From NCBI GenBank assembly GCA_963664395.2, contig OY761159.2:896001-960000 (forward strand): a stretch of 64,000 nt of DNA, written 5' to 3'. Each line of letters begins with the position of its first letter. Position 1 is the stretch's first letter. Below are positions 29,095 through 40,200 of the stretch, one piece after another. Source of the stretch: Candidatus Binatia bacterium (GTDB lineage Bacteria; Desulfobacterota; Binatia; Bin18). Both the position numbers and the translations under genes were made by a program. The notes beneath the pieces were generated by a model that had not been told where the DNA came from, made no database searches, and worked only from the letters and a program-made list of their open reading frames with translations.

Positions 29095-30012
29095 ATGAAA
29101 CTCTACCGTTCGACCATGTTTGTTCCGGGGAATCGGCCCGACTGGATAGACAAAGCGCCAAAGTACGGCCCAGATGCGCTGATGTTGGACCTCGAAGACG
29201 CCGTGCCGATTACCAACAAGGTTGAAGCACGCCACATCGTCCGCACCGGGATTGAAGGTCTGCGCGGCAGAGACGTGGGCGTTTTTGTACGCCTCAACGG
29301 TGTGGATACCGGTCTGACCGGCGAGGACATCGAAGCCATTGTGACGGCAGGGCTCGACGCGGTGGCCATACCTAAACTGGAGACGGTCGAGGAGGTCCTC
29401 AAGGTTGATGCCTGGCTGGAGTTGTTTGAACGCAAGGCCGGCCTGCCCATCGGCACAGTCGAGATCATGGCCCTGCCCGAAACCGCACGCGGCATCATGG
29501 ACGCCTATAAACTGGCCACGGCCTGTCCGCGGGTTGGGAATATCATCGGCGGCGTTGGTGCCCGGTCCGGGGACGTGACCAGGGCCGTTGGCTATAAGTG
29601 GACGCGCCAGGGCCTGGAAACGCTGTATATGGCCTCGCATATTCTCCTGGCCGCGCGGGCCGCGGGCATTGAATATCCGATTGGTGGCGGCTCGCTCGAA
29701 GTCGGCGATATCGAGCTGGTGCGGTCGCAAATCCAGCGCGGGCGGGAAGTGGGCTTTCGCGGTTGCCTGCTGATCCATCCGTCTGCCGTGCCCATTGCCA
29801 ACGAGATTTTTTCGCCCTCTCAGGAAGAGATTGAGTGGAATAAGGGCGTGATGCAGGCTATGGCTGACGCCGAAAAAGCGGGCAAAGCGGCAGTCACCTA
29901 TGACGGCATGATGATCGACTACGCCCACGTCCGCAACGCCCTGGAATTGCTCCAGCAGGCGGAATCGTTCGGGATTGAGGTCGGCGAGTATGCCGACGTG
30001 AAGGCGTTGTAG
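29095..30012 (+). CDS. CitE/HpcH-HpaI family CoA-ester lyase
   Basis: RSTMFVPG, LDLEDAV, IPKLET, PETARG, IHPS, DGMMIDYAH. Confidence 0.9.
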   Translation: MKLYRSTMFVPGNRPDWIDKAPKYGPDALMLDLEDAVPITNKVEARHIVRTGIEGLRGRDVGVFVRLNGVDTGLTGEDIEAIVTAGLDAVAIPKLETVEEVLKVDAWLELFERKAGLPIGTVEIMALPETARGIMDAYKLATACPRVGNIIGGVGARSGDVTRAVGYKWTRQGLETLYMASHILLAARAAGIEYPIGGGSLEVGDIELVRSQIQRGREVGFRGCLLIHPSAVPIANEIFSPSQEEIEWNKGVMQAMADAEKAGKAAVTYDGMMIDYAHVRNALELLQQAESFGIEVGEYADVKAL

Positions 30013-30020
30013 GGGTAAGC

Positions 30021-30263
30021 GTGCGCTTTGCGGGAAGAATGCATAAAGCCGGGAAATTCTGGCTCGCAGAAATCCCTATCCTTGATGCCATGACTCAAGG
30101 ACATACACGCAAGGAAACGTTCGAGATGGTCGCGGATTTGGTAGAGACCCTGGCCGATAAAGACGGGTTTTCCGTGACCGTCCACGCGGGAAAAAACGGT
30201 ACCTTTGAGGTGAGTTCCTCAGACACCCGAACCATGGTCAGCTTGCTCCTTCAGCGCCAGCGA
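30021..30263 (+). pseudogene. HicB-like antitoxin, truncated before its C-terminal HTH
   Basis: FWLAEIPILDAMTQGHTRKETFEMVAD resembles the HicB fold; the reading frame runs into a REP at 30264. Confidence 0.65.
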
Positions 30264-30337
30264 GTAGGTCGGATTAGCGTAGCGTAATCCGACAAGCGCG
30301 ACCGCGTCGGCTTACGCCTGCGGCTAAGCCGACCTAC
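30264..30337. repeat. GTAG-type REP inverted doublet (REPIN-like)
   Basis: GTAGGTCGGATTAGCGTAGCGTAATCCGACA...GTCGGCTTACGCCTGCGGCTAAGCCGACCTAC. Confidence 0.88.
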
Positions 30338-30362
30338 AAGACTTCGGTCAGACGAAGCCGCT

Positions 30363-32366
30363 CTATTCTCCGGCAAAATACGCCCGTGCTCTTCCCAGCG
30401 CCATGAGCGGAAAGTAGTGCCGGTACAGATTGTAGTTGATCATAAACCCGCGCTGGAGTTCTGTGCCCTGCATGAAGCGTTTTTTCATCTCCTGAACGTG
30501 CAGGTTGGCGCGCGCCCCCGTGCCGTAGCCGGGAAAGCCGGTGCCGGTGTAATAGGGCTCATCCCAGGTGCCGTCCTGTTGCGTACGGAGCAGATAGTCG
30601 AGTCCGGTATGAATCGCGTCGTCAAAACGATGGCCCTCAATGGACAGCAGGGCCAGTAAGGCCCAGGCCGTCTGCGAGGCCGTGCTTGGGCCCGTGCCGC
30701 GTAGGCGGTCGTCCATATAGGACGCGCAGGTCTCGCCCCACCCTTCGTCGGCGTTTTGATGCTCGGCCAGCCACTGACCGGCCTTATGCACATAGGCCGC
30801 GCTCATGTCCTGGCCTATGGCTCTCAAGGCCGGCAGGACCGCCGCGGTCCCGTAAATATGATTGACCCCCCAACGGCCAAACCAACTGCCCTCCGGCTCC
30901 TGCTCGGCCAGGACATAATCGAGCGCGCGGCGCAGGGCCGGGTGGGAGGCGTCATACCCGAGTATGCCAAAGGCTTCGAGTACGTGCGCGGTGACATCCA
31001 CACTGGGCGGATCAAGCGCCTCGCCAAAGTCGCAGAAGGGAATCTTGGTCAGCAAGTCTTTGTCATTGTTCTTGTCAAACGCGCCCCAGCCACCATTGTC
31101 TGACTGCATGGCCAGCACCCAGGCTTTTGCGCGGTCAATCGGGGCGTCAAAACGGCTGTCGCCTGGATTTTGTGCACGTAAATGGGCCAGTACAATCAAG
31201 GCCACCGCGGTGTCGTCCACGTCCGGATAGGCGGCGTTCGCCCGCTCAAACGCCCAGCCTCCGGGACGGACCGTCGGGACTTTGACTTGCCAATCTCCAA
31301 ACGTGTCCACTTCTTTGTTCAACACCCACCGGAGCGCCTGTTGCATGGGCTCCGACTGCTGTAACTGGAAACCACAGTCGGTCATCGCCAGCAGGGCCAT
31401 CAGGGTATCCCAAATGGGAGATTCGCTGGCCTGAATATGCAGGCTGCCGTCGCGCTCATAGGACCAGTGGTCATCAAGAGCAGATAGCCCCTTGGCCATG
31501 ACCGGATGCGATAGCTGGTAGCCCTCGACATTAAGGGCCATCAGGCTATAAATCCAGGGCGGTTGAATCCCCCCCCAGGCCCCGTCGGCATCCTGGTGGC
31601 GAATAATCCATTCCACACTCTGCCGAATGGCGACCTCGCGACCCGGCAAGACCCCAAGCTTCTGATACGCGTGCAGGAATTTGTCAGCCGCAAAAAAGAA
31701 CGACTGCCACAAACCTGTCCGTGCCGGCAGGTCGTAGTTCATATTCTCACGCCCTTCGGGAAAAAGTTCGTCCAAGCGACAGTCCGGCGGCAGGGGCCGG
31801 ACGACGTGTCGGGCGGACAGAATGGTGAGAGGGACAATCGTTGCGCGTGCCCAGGAAGCAAAATTATAGATGCTGAACGGAAACCATTTGGGGAAGAATA
31901 TAACCTCAGGCGGCAGGTTGGGCGTTTTCTCCCACGGCCATTCGCCGATCAGCGCAAACCAGTAGCGGGTAAACACCCGTACCTGACTCAAACCACCATG
32001 GGCAAAGATCCATGCCCGTGCTTTACACAGGCGCTCATCATCCGGGGCAAAGCCATTCGCGCGCAAGGCTGCATAGCATTCAACCGTCGTATTGATGTCC
32101 CCATCCGGAGCGTCGTAGTAAGTCTCCCACGAGCCGTCCCCGCGTTGGGCGTTGAGCAGGGTCTGCACAATCTGCTGCTTGCGCGGATGCGCATAGCCCA
32201 GGAAGTGCATGGCCAGAAGCCACTGGGCTTCCATGCAGCAGTTGGATTCCAGCATCCCAGCCCAGTACCCATCCTCGGCCTGATCGCGATACAGCCACGT
32301 CGTTGCGGCGTGAATGGCCTCGTCGAGATGCGGTCCCATATCGGGCATAGCGGCGACAGCAGACAT
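30363..32366 (-). CDS. shc: Squalene-hopene cyclase
   Basis: YPDVDDTA (DXDD motif), QW repeats (QRGDGSW, QDADGAW, QSDNGGW, QEPEGSW), GTGFP. Confidence 0.95.
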   Translation of the reverse strand: MSAVAAMPDMGPHLDEAIHAATTWLYRDQAEDGYWAGMLESNCCMEAQWLLAMHFLGYAHPRKQQIVQTLLNAQRGDGSWETYYDAPDGDINTTVECYAALRANGFAPDDERLCKARAWIFAHGGLSQVRVFTRYWFALIGEWPWEKTPNLPPEVIFFPKWFPFSIYNFASWARATIVPLTILSARHVVRPLPPDCRLDELFPEGRENMNYDLPARTGLWQSFFFAADKFLHAYQKLGVLPGREVAIRQSVEWIIRHQDADGAWGGIQPPWIYSLMALNVEGYQLSHPVMAKGLSALDDHWSYERDGSLHIQASESPIWDTLMALLAMTDCGFQLQQSEPMQQALRWVLNKEVDTFGDWQVKVPTVRPGGWAFERANAAYPDVDDTAVALIVLAHLRAQNPGDSRFDAPIDRAKAWVLAMQSDNGGWGAFDKNNDKDLLTKIPFCDFGEALDPPSVDVTAHVLEAFGILGYDASHPALRRALDYVLAEQEPEGSWFGRWGVNHIYGTAAVLPALRAIGQDMSAAYVHKAGQWLAEHQNADEGWGETCASYMDDRLRGTGPSTASQTAWALLALLSIEGHRFDDAIHTGLDYLLRTQQDGTWDEPYYTGTGFPGYGTGARANLHVQEMKKRFMQGTELQRGFMINYNLYRHYFPLMALGRARAYFAGE

Positions 32367-32577
32367 CCTGATTCCACCCCCAGCTTTTTTGGTAAGCTTG
32401 GTAAATAACGAGGGGAATTATGACATAGCAGTCCGGAGGCTGCCAGCACTCAAGAAACGCTTCATACCAATGAGGCGACCACGACTAGTGTCGAGGGGAT
32501 TGGGGGTGACAATCTTGCTTCCCGAGAACAATCCAGCGTAACATGCCAAGCGTTACACGCACACAAAGGGGGGCGCT

Positions 32578-33408
32578 ATGACCCAAGCCGCACGAGAAAC
32601 ATTCGAGCCGTATCGGTTTCAGACTCGCAATATTAACGACGGCGAGAATAAGGCGCACACCAGAGAAGGCGCTCAGGCGCTTGGTTTTCGCGGCTCCATC
32701 GTTGGTGGGGCGATTGTGTATGGCCAGATGATCCGCCCGCTCATTGAACGCTATGGCGAAACGTGGCTGGGATGCCACTGGTTTGATTTGCGCTTCAAAT
32801 CGCCGGCTTTTGACGAGGATTGGGTCACGTCTCACCTTACGCCAACTGCGGAGAGCGACCAGCCGCACGCCTTCTCTGTCCTAGCCAGAAATGAAGAGGG
32901 CCAGGAGCTGATTGCCATGCGGACGCATATTCCTGACACACCTCCGCCGGTCGATGCCCTGGCGTCAATAGAGCCTGTTGATTGGGAGGGTGAGCGTGAG
33001 TTGGGGACCTGGGAGCGCATGGAACTCAACAAACCGTTTCGTCGTTTTCGCTGGCGGCTCACCATGTCGCAGCACCTCTCGTACTGCGACAAAACAAACG
33101 AAGAGCTGGCTATCTTCCGACGGGGCGCTACTCCACCCGTCCACCCCGGCCTGGTTATGGCCCACGGCAGCTTTGCTGTCCAGAACCAATTCAAGATGCC
33201 GTTTTGGATACACACGGGAAGCACGCTGCTGACCCGTGGACTGATCCGTGTTGGCGATGAGGTCGAACTGCGCTGTGTGCCAGTTGAAAAATGGAAGCGC
33301 GGAGAAAACGAGTGGGTCAAATTTTATCAAGTGTATATCGTCAACGATCAACCCGTGGTTGAGGTCTGGAAGTCCTCGATCATAAAATTCGTGCCGCACC
33401 AACGATAA
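32578..33408 (+). CDS. Double hotdog-fold (MaoC-like) hypothetical protein
   Basis: ENKAH..GAQALGFRGSIVGG, DLRFKSP, VHPGLV, WIHTGS. Confidence 0.65.
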   Translation: MTQAARETFEPYRFQTRNINDGENKAHTREGAQALGFRGSIVGGAIVYGQMIRPLIERYGETWLGCHWFDLRFKSPAFDEDWVTSHLTPTAESDQPHAFSVLARNEEGQELIAMRTHIPDTPPPVDALASIEPVDWEGERELGTWERMELNKPFRRFRWRLTMSQHLSYCDKTNEELAIFRRGATPPVHPGLVMAHGSFAVQNQFKMPFWIHTGSTLLTRGLIRVGDEVELRCVPVEKWKRGENEWVKFYQVYIVNDQPVVEVWKSSIIKFVPHQR

Positions 33409-33426
33409 CCAGGCCGCTCATGTCGC

Positions 33427-34060
33427 TCATGTCGCTCGTGAGGCTTGTTTCCGGCTCTTCGCCCAGGCTGCCATGTCACCAAACGGGTCGGCAAAACTCG
33501 GGGCCGCGGCTTCGCCATTGAACTCATTGAACTCCCGGTAGAGGGTATTCACGTTCACCACAATGCGCTCGGCATCTCCCCACGCAGAGTAATCATTCAG
33601 CGTAATGTCGTGAGCCGCTTCGGTTTCGGACATGTCGGCGTCAAAGCGTTTGCGTGTTTCCACTTCGATATATTACGGTTTCAACCTCAAGTTCGAGCAT
33701 CAGCTCACACGCCTTGATCCAGTTGGCAATCGGCCCGTTCCACATCAGGGGTGTCCCGTCAATAAAAAGAATGTCGCCGGTGAAGATGGTCCGCTCGCCG
33801 GGTACACAGGCTAAGACATCGCCCCGCGTATGGGCCGGCCCGACTTCAATGAGTTGGACGTCCCTGTCTCCAACCTTGAGATCAAGTTGGTTCTCAAACG
33901 TGCGCGAGGGATGCGTCGGCGTAATGTCGTCAAAGCGAAACGAGCCGAGAATCTCAGTCAAATACTCGCCCAGCTCGCCCATAGTGGCAGCCGCTTTCAT
34001 CATATCGGCAATACGGCTGGGTGGGAGTTCTTCCAACAACGACTGATCCCCGTCAACAAC
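33427..34060 (-). pseudogene. MBL-fold metallo-hydrolase pseudogene (5'-truncated, two internal deletions)
   Basis: LVVDGDQSLL joined directly to EELPPSR; retains VGPAHTRGD and FTGDILF; HxHxDH and PGHG motifs missing; frame change near 33660. Confidence 0.75.
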
Positions 34061-34257
34061 CAGCCTCGTAATTCCCTAGAGATTCCTCCCATTTTAGGGG
34101 GGGTTCGCGCGGCGGAATAGGGTAGCTCTTGAAGGAACGACCACTTGCTGAGGCTGCTCGGGTTTCACAGGGGTTCAACCTATTGTGGTGAGGAAACATG
34201 ATACGGCATATTACGCGACGCGATAGTCTCTTCCAACCTTCAACCTCCGGAGGGCGC

Positions 34258-37200
34258 ATGATTGCGCCACGCCGTCTGCTCTCCGCCGTGATTCTGTCCG
34301 CCCTCGTGGGCATCGTCCTCGGCGTGCCGTCCGCTGCGGCGCAGCTCCCGAACACGCCGGACCCTCCCGGTGTGGTGGCAAAGTCCAAGACCGCGCTGAC
34401 TGTCACGTGGACCGCGCCCACCGGGCCGGCCGTGGCCAGCTACGACGTGCAGTATCGCAAGAGCACGGAGACGAATTGGACCGCCGGGCCCCAGGACCAG
34501 ACCCGGCCGAGGGCGGATATCACCGGGCTGGACGCAGACACGTTTTACGACGTGCAGGTGCGGGCCACCAATGCCGCGGGCGACAGCGGTTGGTCCGACG
34601 ACGCCCAGGGTGCGACCGCGCTCTTCGAGGCCGACCTCACCGTCGGCAGGCACAGCGATGGCGGATTCACACATCAGGTTGGCTATAGACGCGGACACCC
34701 TGCTGCCAGCTCGAATCTTTATCCACCGGATGAGATGGGCCACGGGATGCTGACTTCCTCCGAGCTCACCTACAGGGGCGTCACCTATACGATAGACGCG
34801 ATTCGTCGAGACAATAGGGAAAATCACCTCGTGATTGGCTATTCTTCGGATGCAGTCAGGATGTCCGGGGGCCAGACGCAACCCGCTCCCAGTTTTTGGC
34901 CGAGAGACTGGGACATTACCTTTTTTCAGACAGAGGAGATCGAGCAATTCTCTACCGCCATTCTAAATCCGGGCAATCAAATACAGGCGGGCATTCTGAA
35001 CCAGCAACTTGAGGGCGGTTATTTACATAAACGCCCTCACATAGGCGCAATATGGGACTGGGATCGTAAAAACTTGCCATGGACGGTGGATCAGACGTAC
35101 TCCATGACCATAGCCAGAGTCCAGCGCGCGGACACGACCGTGACGATCTCGGCGGACTCGCCGGACGTCACGCTGAGCCCGACCTCGTTGACCATCCCGG
35201 CGGGGAATGTGCGCGGCACCGTGATGCTGACGGCGACGCTGAGCCCTGCGTCGAGCGCGGACACGACCGTGACGATCTCGGCGGACCCGCCGGACGTCAC
35301 GCTGATCCCGGACTCGTTGACCATCCCGGCGGAGATGACGCAGAACAAAGTGACGCTGACGGTGATACTGCCCCAAACGAACCATCCGCCGGTGTTCCCG
35401 TCCCCCGAGACGAGCTTCAGTGTGAACGAAAACACGCCACCGGGACAAGATATCGGTATCCCAGTGACGGCCTTCGACGACGGCGGCGAGAGACTGACCT
35501 ACACGCTGGACGGGCCCGACGCCGCGGCCTTCGACCTCTTCGTCGCCAACCAGTTAAGAACAAAGGCAGAGCTGGACTACGAGACCAAGGACAGCTACCG
35601 CTTCGTCGTGTCGGTCCGGGACAGCAGGAACGACGCCGGTGAGGCCGACACGGAGACGGACGACACTATCGAGGTGACGATCACGGTTGTCGACCTGGAC
35701 GAAGCGGGCACGGTGACCCTGACGGGGACGCCAGCGCAGCTACGGGAAGAACTGACAGCGGCGTTACACGACGAGGACGGCAGGCTGATCGGCATCACCT
35801 GGCAGTGGGCGCGCTCCGGGATCACCTGGACCGACATCGATATGGCGACCTCCGAGCGGTATACGCCGGAGGCGGGCGACCTGGGGAAGCATCTGCGGGC
35901 CACCGCGACCTATACCGACCGCTATGGGTCCGGGAAGAGCGCGAGTACGACGACCACAGCTGTACAGGCCCCCCCGGGGATGACCCTGCACCTGTCCCCT
36001 TCCTCCATCAGCGAGGACGGCGGACAGAGCACAGTCACGGCGCGTCTGGCCACGGCATCGCCCGCCGTGACAACCGTGACGGTCTCGGCCCCGGCGGGCG
36101 ACGTCACGCTGAGTAATAACCGGACGCTGACGATTGCGGCGGGGAAGACGGAGAGTACGGGGACGGTGACGCTCACGGCGGTGGATAACGACGGAGACGG
36201 GCCGGAGACGAAGCAGGTGCAGGTGAGTGGGCAGAGGAATAACCGTCTGGCGACGAAGCCGGCCTCGGTCACGCTGACGATTACGGATGACGACCCTGCG
36301 CCGACGGTGACGATGGCGGTGTCGCCGGATGCGATCACGGAGAACGCCGGGGTGGGCACGCTGGCGGTGATGCTGAGCCATCCGTCGAGCGCGGCCACGG
36401 CGGTCGAGGTGTCGGCGGACCCGGCGGCGGCCGTCACGCTGCGCCCGAACTCGTTGACCATCAGCGTGACGGCCTCGGCGGACCTGCCGGGCGTCATGCT
36501 GAGCCCGAACTCGTTGACCATCCCGGCGGGGGAGACGGAAGGCACCGTCACGCTGACGGCGACGCTGAGCACTAGGTCGAGCGCGGACACGACCGTGACG
36601 GTCTCGGCGGACCCGCCGGGCGTCACGCTGAGCCCGGACTCGTTGACCATCCCGGCGGGGGAGACGGAAGGCACCGTCACGCTGACGGCGACGCTGAGCG
36701 AGGCGTCGAGCGCGGACACGACCGTGACGGTCTTGACCACGACCGTCACGCTGAGCCCGAACCCGTTGATCATCCCGGCAGATAAGACGGAGGGCACCGT
36801 CACGCTGACGGTGATACTGAGCGAGGCGTCGAGCGCGGCCACGACCGTGACGGTCTCGGCGGACTCGGCGGACGTCACGCTGAGCCCGAACTCGTTGCCC
36901 ATCCCGGCAGGGATGACGCGCGGCACCGTGACGCTGACGGCGACGCTGAGCCCTATGTCGAGCGCGGCCACGACCGTGACGATCTCGGCGGACCCGGCGG
37001 CGGACGTCGCGCTGAGCCCGAACTCGTTGACCATCCCGGCGGGGATGACGCGCGGCACCGTGACGCTGACGGCGGTGGACGACAACACCGATGCCCTGAA
37101 CAAGCAGGTGACCGTGAGCGGGATGGCAAGCAACACGCATGGTATAGCCGGGAATCTGGAGCCCCGGACCCTGCGGATTCAAGACGACGACCCTGCGCCG

Positions 37201-40200
37201 ACGGTGACGCTGGAGCTGGCGCCGAATCCGATCGGCGAGAACGGCGGACAGAGCACGCTGACAGTGGGGCTGGACCGGCCGTCGAGCCAGGCCACGACCG
37301 TGACGGTCTCGGCGGACCCGGCGGCCGTCAGGCTGAGCCCGAACTCGTTGACCATCCCGGCGAGGATGACGAGCGGCACGGGGACGCTGACGGTGACGGC
37401 GGAGGACAACAACATCGACGGGCCGGAGACCACAACCGTGACCGTCTCGGCGGATGCGGAGAACGTCCTGGGAGTCACGGACCCGGCCGACGCGGCCCTG
37501 ACGATTCAGGACGACGACGGTCCGCCAACGGTGACGCTGGCAGTGTCGCCGAATCCGATCCCGGAGAACGGCGGGGTGAGCACGCTGACGGCGAGGCTGG
37601 ACCGGCCATCGAGCCGGCCGATCGTGGTGACGGTCGCGCCGGACCCGGCCTACACCCTGGATGGAAACCCAACACTGACCTTTCCGGCGGGCGCGACAGC
37701 GCGCCAGGGGACGGTGGTGCTGACGGCCAAGGATAACGCCATCGACGCGGCGGACGCGACGGTGAGTGTGGGGGGGACGGCCAACCCGAGGCTGATGGTG
37801 GCGGCGGCGGAGCTGACCATCACGGACAACGACACCCGCGGGGTGACGGTGAGCGAGCAGACGCTGTCGATCAAGGAGGGGGGTAACCCGGATACCTACA
37901 CCGTGGTGCTGGCCTCCGAGCCGACGGGCCCCGTGACGATAGCCGTGGCGTCCAGCGATGCGGCGGTGCGCGTCAATCCGCCGAGTCTGGGGTTTACGGC
38001 CGCGAACTGGCAGACGGCCCAGACAGTGACGGTGGATGCGGCCAACGACGAGATGGAGAACAATCCTCCCAAGACGGCAACAATCACGCACACCGTGAGT
38101 GGCGGCGACTACGCCGGAGTTCCGGCGGCCTCCGTGACCGTGGCCGTGACCGACGACGAGAGCCCGTCCACGGACGTGACCCTGAGCGTGAGCCCGGCTG
38201 CCGTGCGAGAGGGCGCCGGCAACAGGACGGTGACCGTGACCGGCGAGTTGAATGGCGAGCCCCGCTCGGCCGCAACCGTGGTGACGGTCTCGGTCACGGC
38301 CGGGACGGCCACGGCGGGCACCGACTTTTCGGTGTCGCCCGTCCCTACGCTGACGATTGCGGAGGGTCAGCCGAGCGGAACGATGACCTTTGCCCTGACG
38401 CCAGTGAACGACACCATCGGCGAGCCGGATGAGACGGTGACGGTGGGTGGCAGTACCACGGCGGGGCTGAATGTGACGGAGACGACGCTGACCATTGAGG
38501 ACAATGACGGTCCGCCGGCGGTGGAGCTAGTGCTGTCGGCGAATCCGATCAGCGAGGACGAGACCACTCAGGTGACGGCCACGCTGAGCCATCCGTCGAG
38601 CGCGGACACGACGGTCGAGGTGTCGGTGACGGCCGTGCATCCGGCGTCGGCCGGCGACTTCAGACTGAGCGGGACCAGCCTGACGATCCCGGCAGGGTTT
38701 ATGGAGAGCAGTACGAGTGCGACGCTCTGGGCGAGGGATAACCCAGTGGACGAGGCGGACGCACAGGCGAGCGTGAGGGGCCGGGCGGAGAACCCCCAAG
38801 GGGTGCAGTCGCCGAATGTGGGGCCGGTGACGGTGACCATTACGGATGACGACGCACCCGAGGTGACGGGAGAGACCTTTCCAGAGTACGTAGAGGGCGG
38901 CTCGGGACCGGTGGCCACCTACACGGCGAGCAACCCGGCGAATGTCCGGCTGACGTGGTCGGTGATCGGGACGGATGCCGAGTTTTTTACCATCGCGAAT
39001 GGAGTGCTGCGCTTCAAGCAGTCACCGGACTATGAGGACCCCCTGGACAAAGAGTATGCGGTGACCGTGCAAGCCTCCGACGGGACTGATCCTGCTGGGC
39101 CTCTGGCGGTGACCGTCGCGGTGCTGGATGCCTTGGGCAAGGTGGAGCTGCCCCCGTCACAGCCGCAGGTGGAGGTCGCGCTCACCGCGACGCTGAGTGA
39201 CCTGGACGGCCTGCACCCGGACCCGGTGCCCCCCAACGAAGAACGGTGGTGCTGGCAGCGGTCCCGCTTCCCAACTTTCCTCACTATCCCTGGGATTGAG
39301 TGTATCCCGGACACGACAGACACCTATACCCCAGTGGACGCCGACCTCGACCACTATCTGCAGGTCACGGTACTCTATTATACCGACGGCCAGAAGACGC
39401 GCAAAGTAGATATGGTGGTGGCGGCGCCGGACGAGCCAGTAAGGGCGACGGCGGACGAGCCGATGGTCCCCCCAGAGCCGGTGGTGGCGGTGTCGTTCAA
39501 CGCGGCCAGCTACACGGTGGACGAAGGCAAGTTCGTCGAGGTCACGGTGCGGCTGAGTGCCGACCCGGAACGCCGGGTGGAGATTCCGTTGACGCTCACG
39601 CCTGGAGACAACGTGGAGCCGTCTGACTACTCGGGAGTGCCGGACAGAGTCGTGTTCGAGAGTGGTGACCGCGCACAGAGTTTTTCCTTTAGTGCCCGTG
39701 CTGACCAAAGAGACGAGGCAGCCGAGACGCTCACCCTTGCCTTCGACGTGCCGCTGCCGACTGGGGTGGAGGTGGGTAGCCCCGCTACGACGGTCGTAAC
39801 GATTAATAGCAGTGAGGGTGACGGCGGCGGTGGCGGTAGTGGCGGCGGTGGGGGTAGTGGCGGCGGTGGGGGTAGTGGCGGCGGTGGGCCGTCAACCCCA
39901 GCCCCTCCCCCAGAGCCGGTCGGATACTTGGAGAACCCAGGGACGGCGGCGACTCAGAGCGGCATCGGCGTCATCTCGGGCTGGGTGTGTGAGGCGGCGG
40001 TGGTGGAGATCGAGTTGAACGGAGTACCGCAGGAGGCCGCCTATGGCACCGAGCGACTCGATACGGAGGCGGTGTGTGGGGATACGGACAACGGCTTTGG
40101 GTTGTTGTTCAACTGGAATCTGCTGGGCGACGGGGTGCATGAGGTGGTGGCGTTCGTCGATGACGTGGAACTGACACGGACGACCGTCACCGTCACGACG

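Noticed and set aside
32413-32430. GGGAATTATGAC as another copy of the cassette TIR
   Set aside because: Only the first 9 bp match, with no partner end or duplication found; more likely the -10 region (CATAAT) of shc on the minus strand.
35764-38091. 775-aa minus-strand ORF and other long antisense ORFs (13329-14819, 46962-48161, 58081-59076)
   Set aside because: Shadow frames of GC-rich genes; Arg/His-rich or motif-less, and fully overlapping well-supported CDSs.
39823-39888. (G5S)n linker as a sign of synthetic DNA
   Set aside because: In frame within a natural repetitive surface protein, with no tags or vector sequence nearby.
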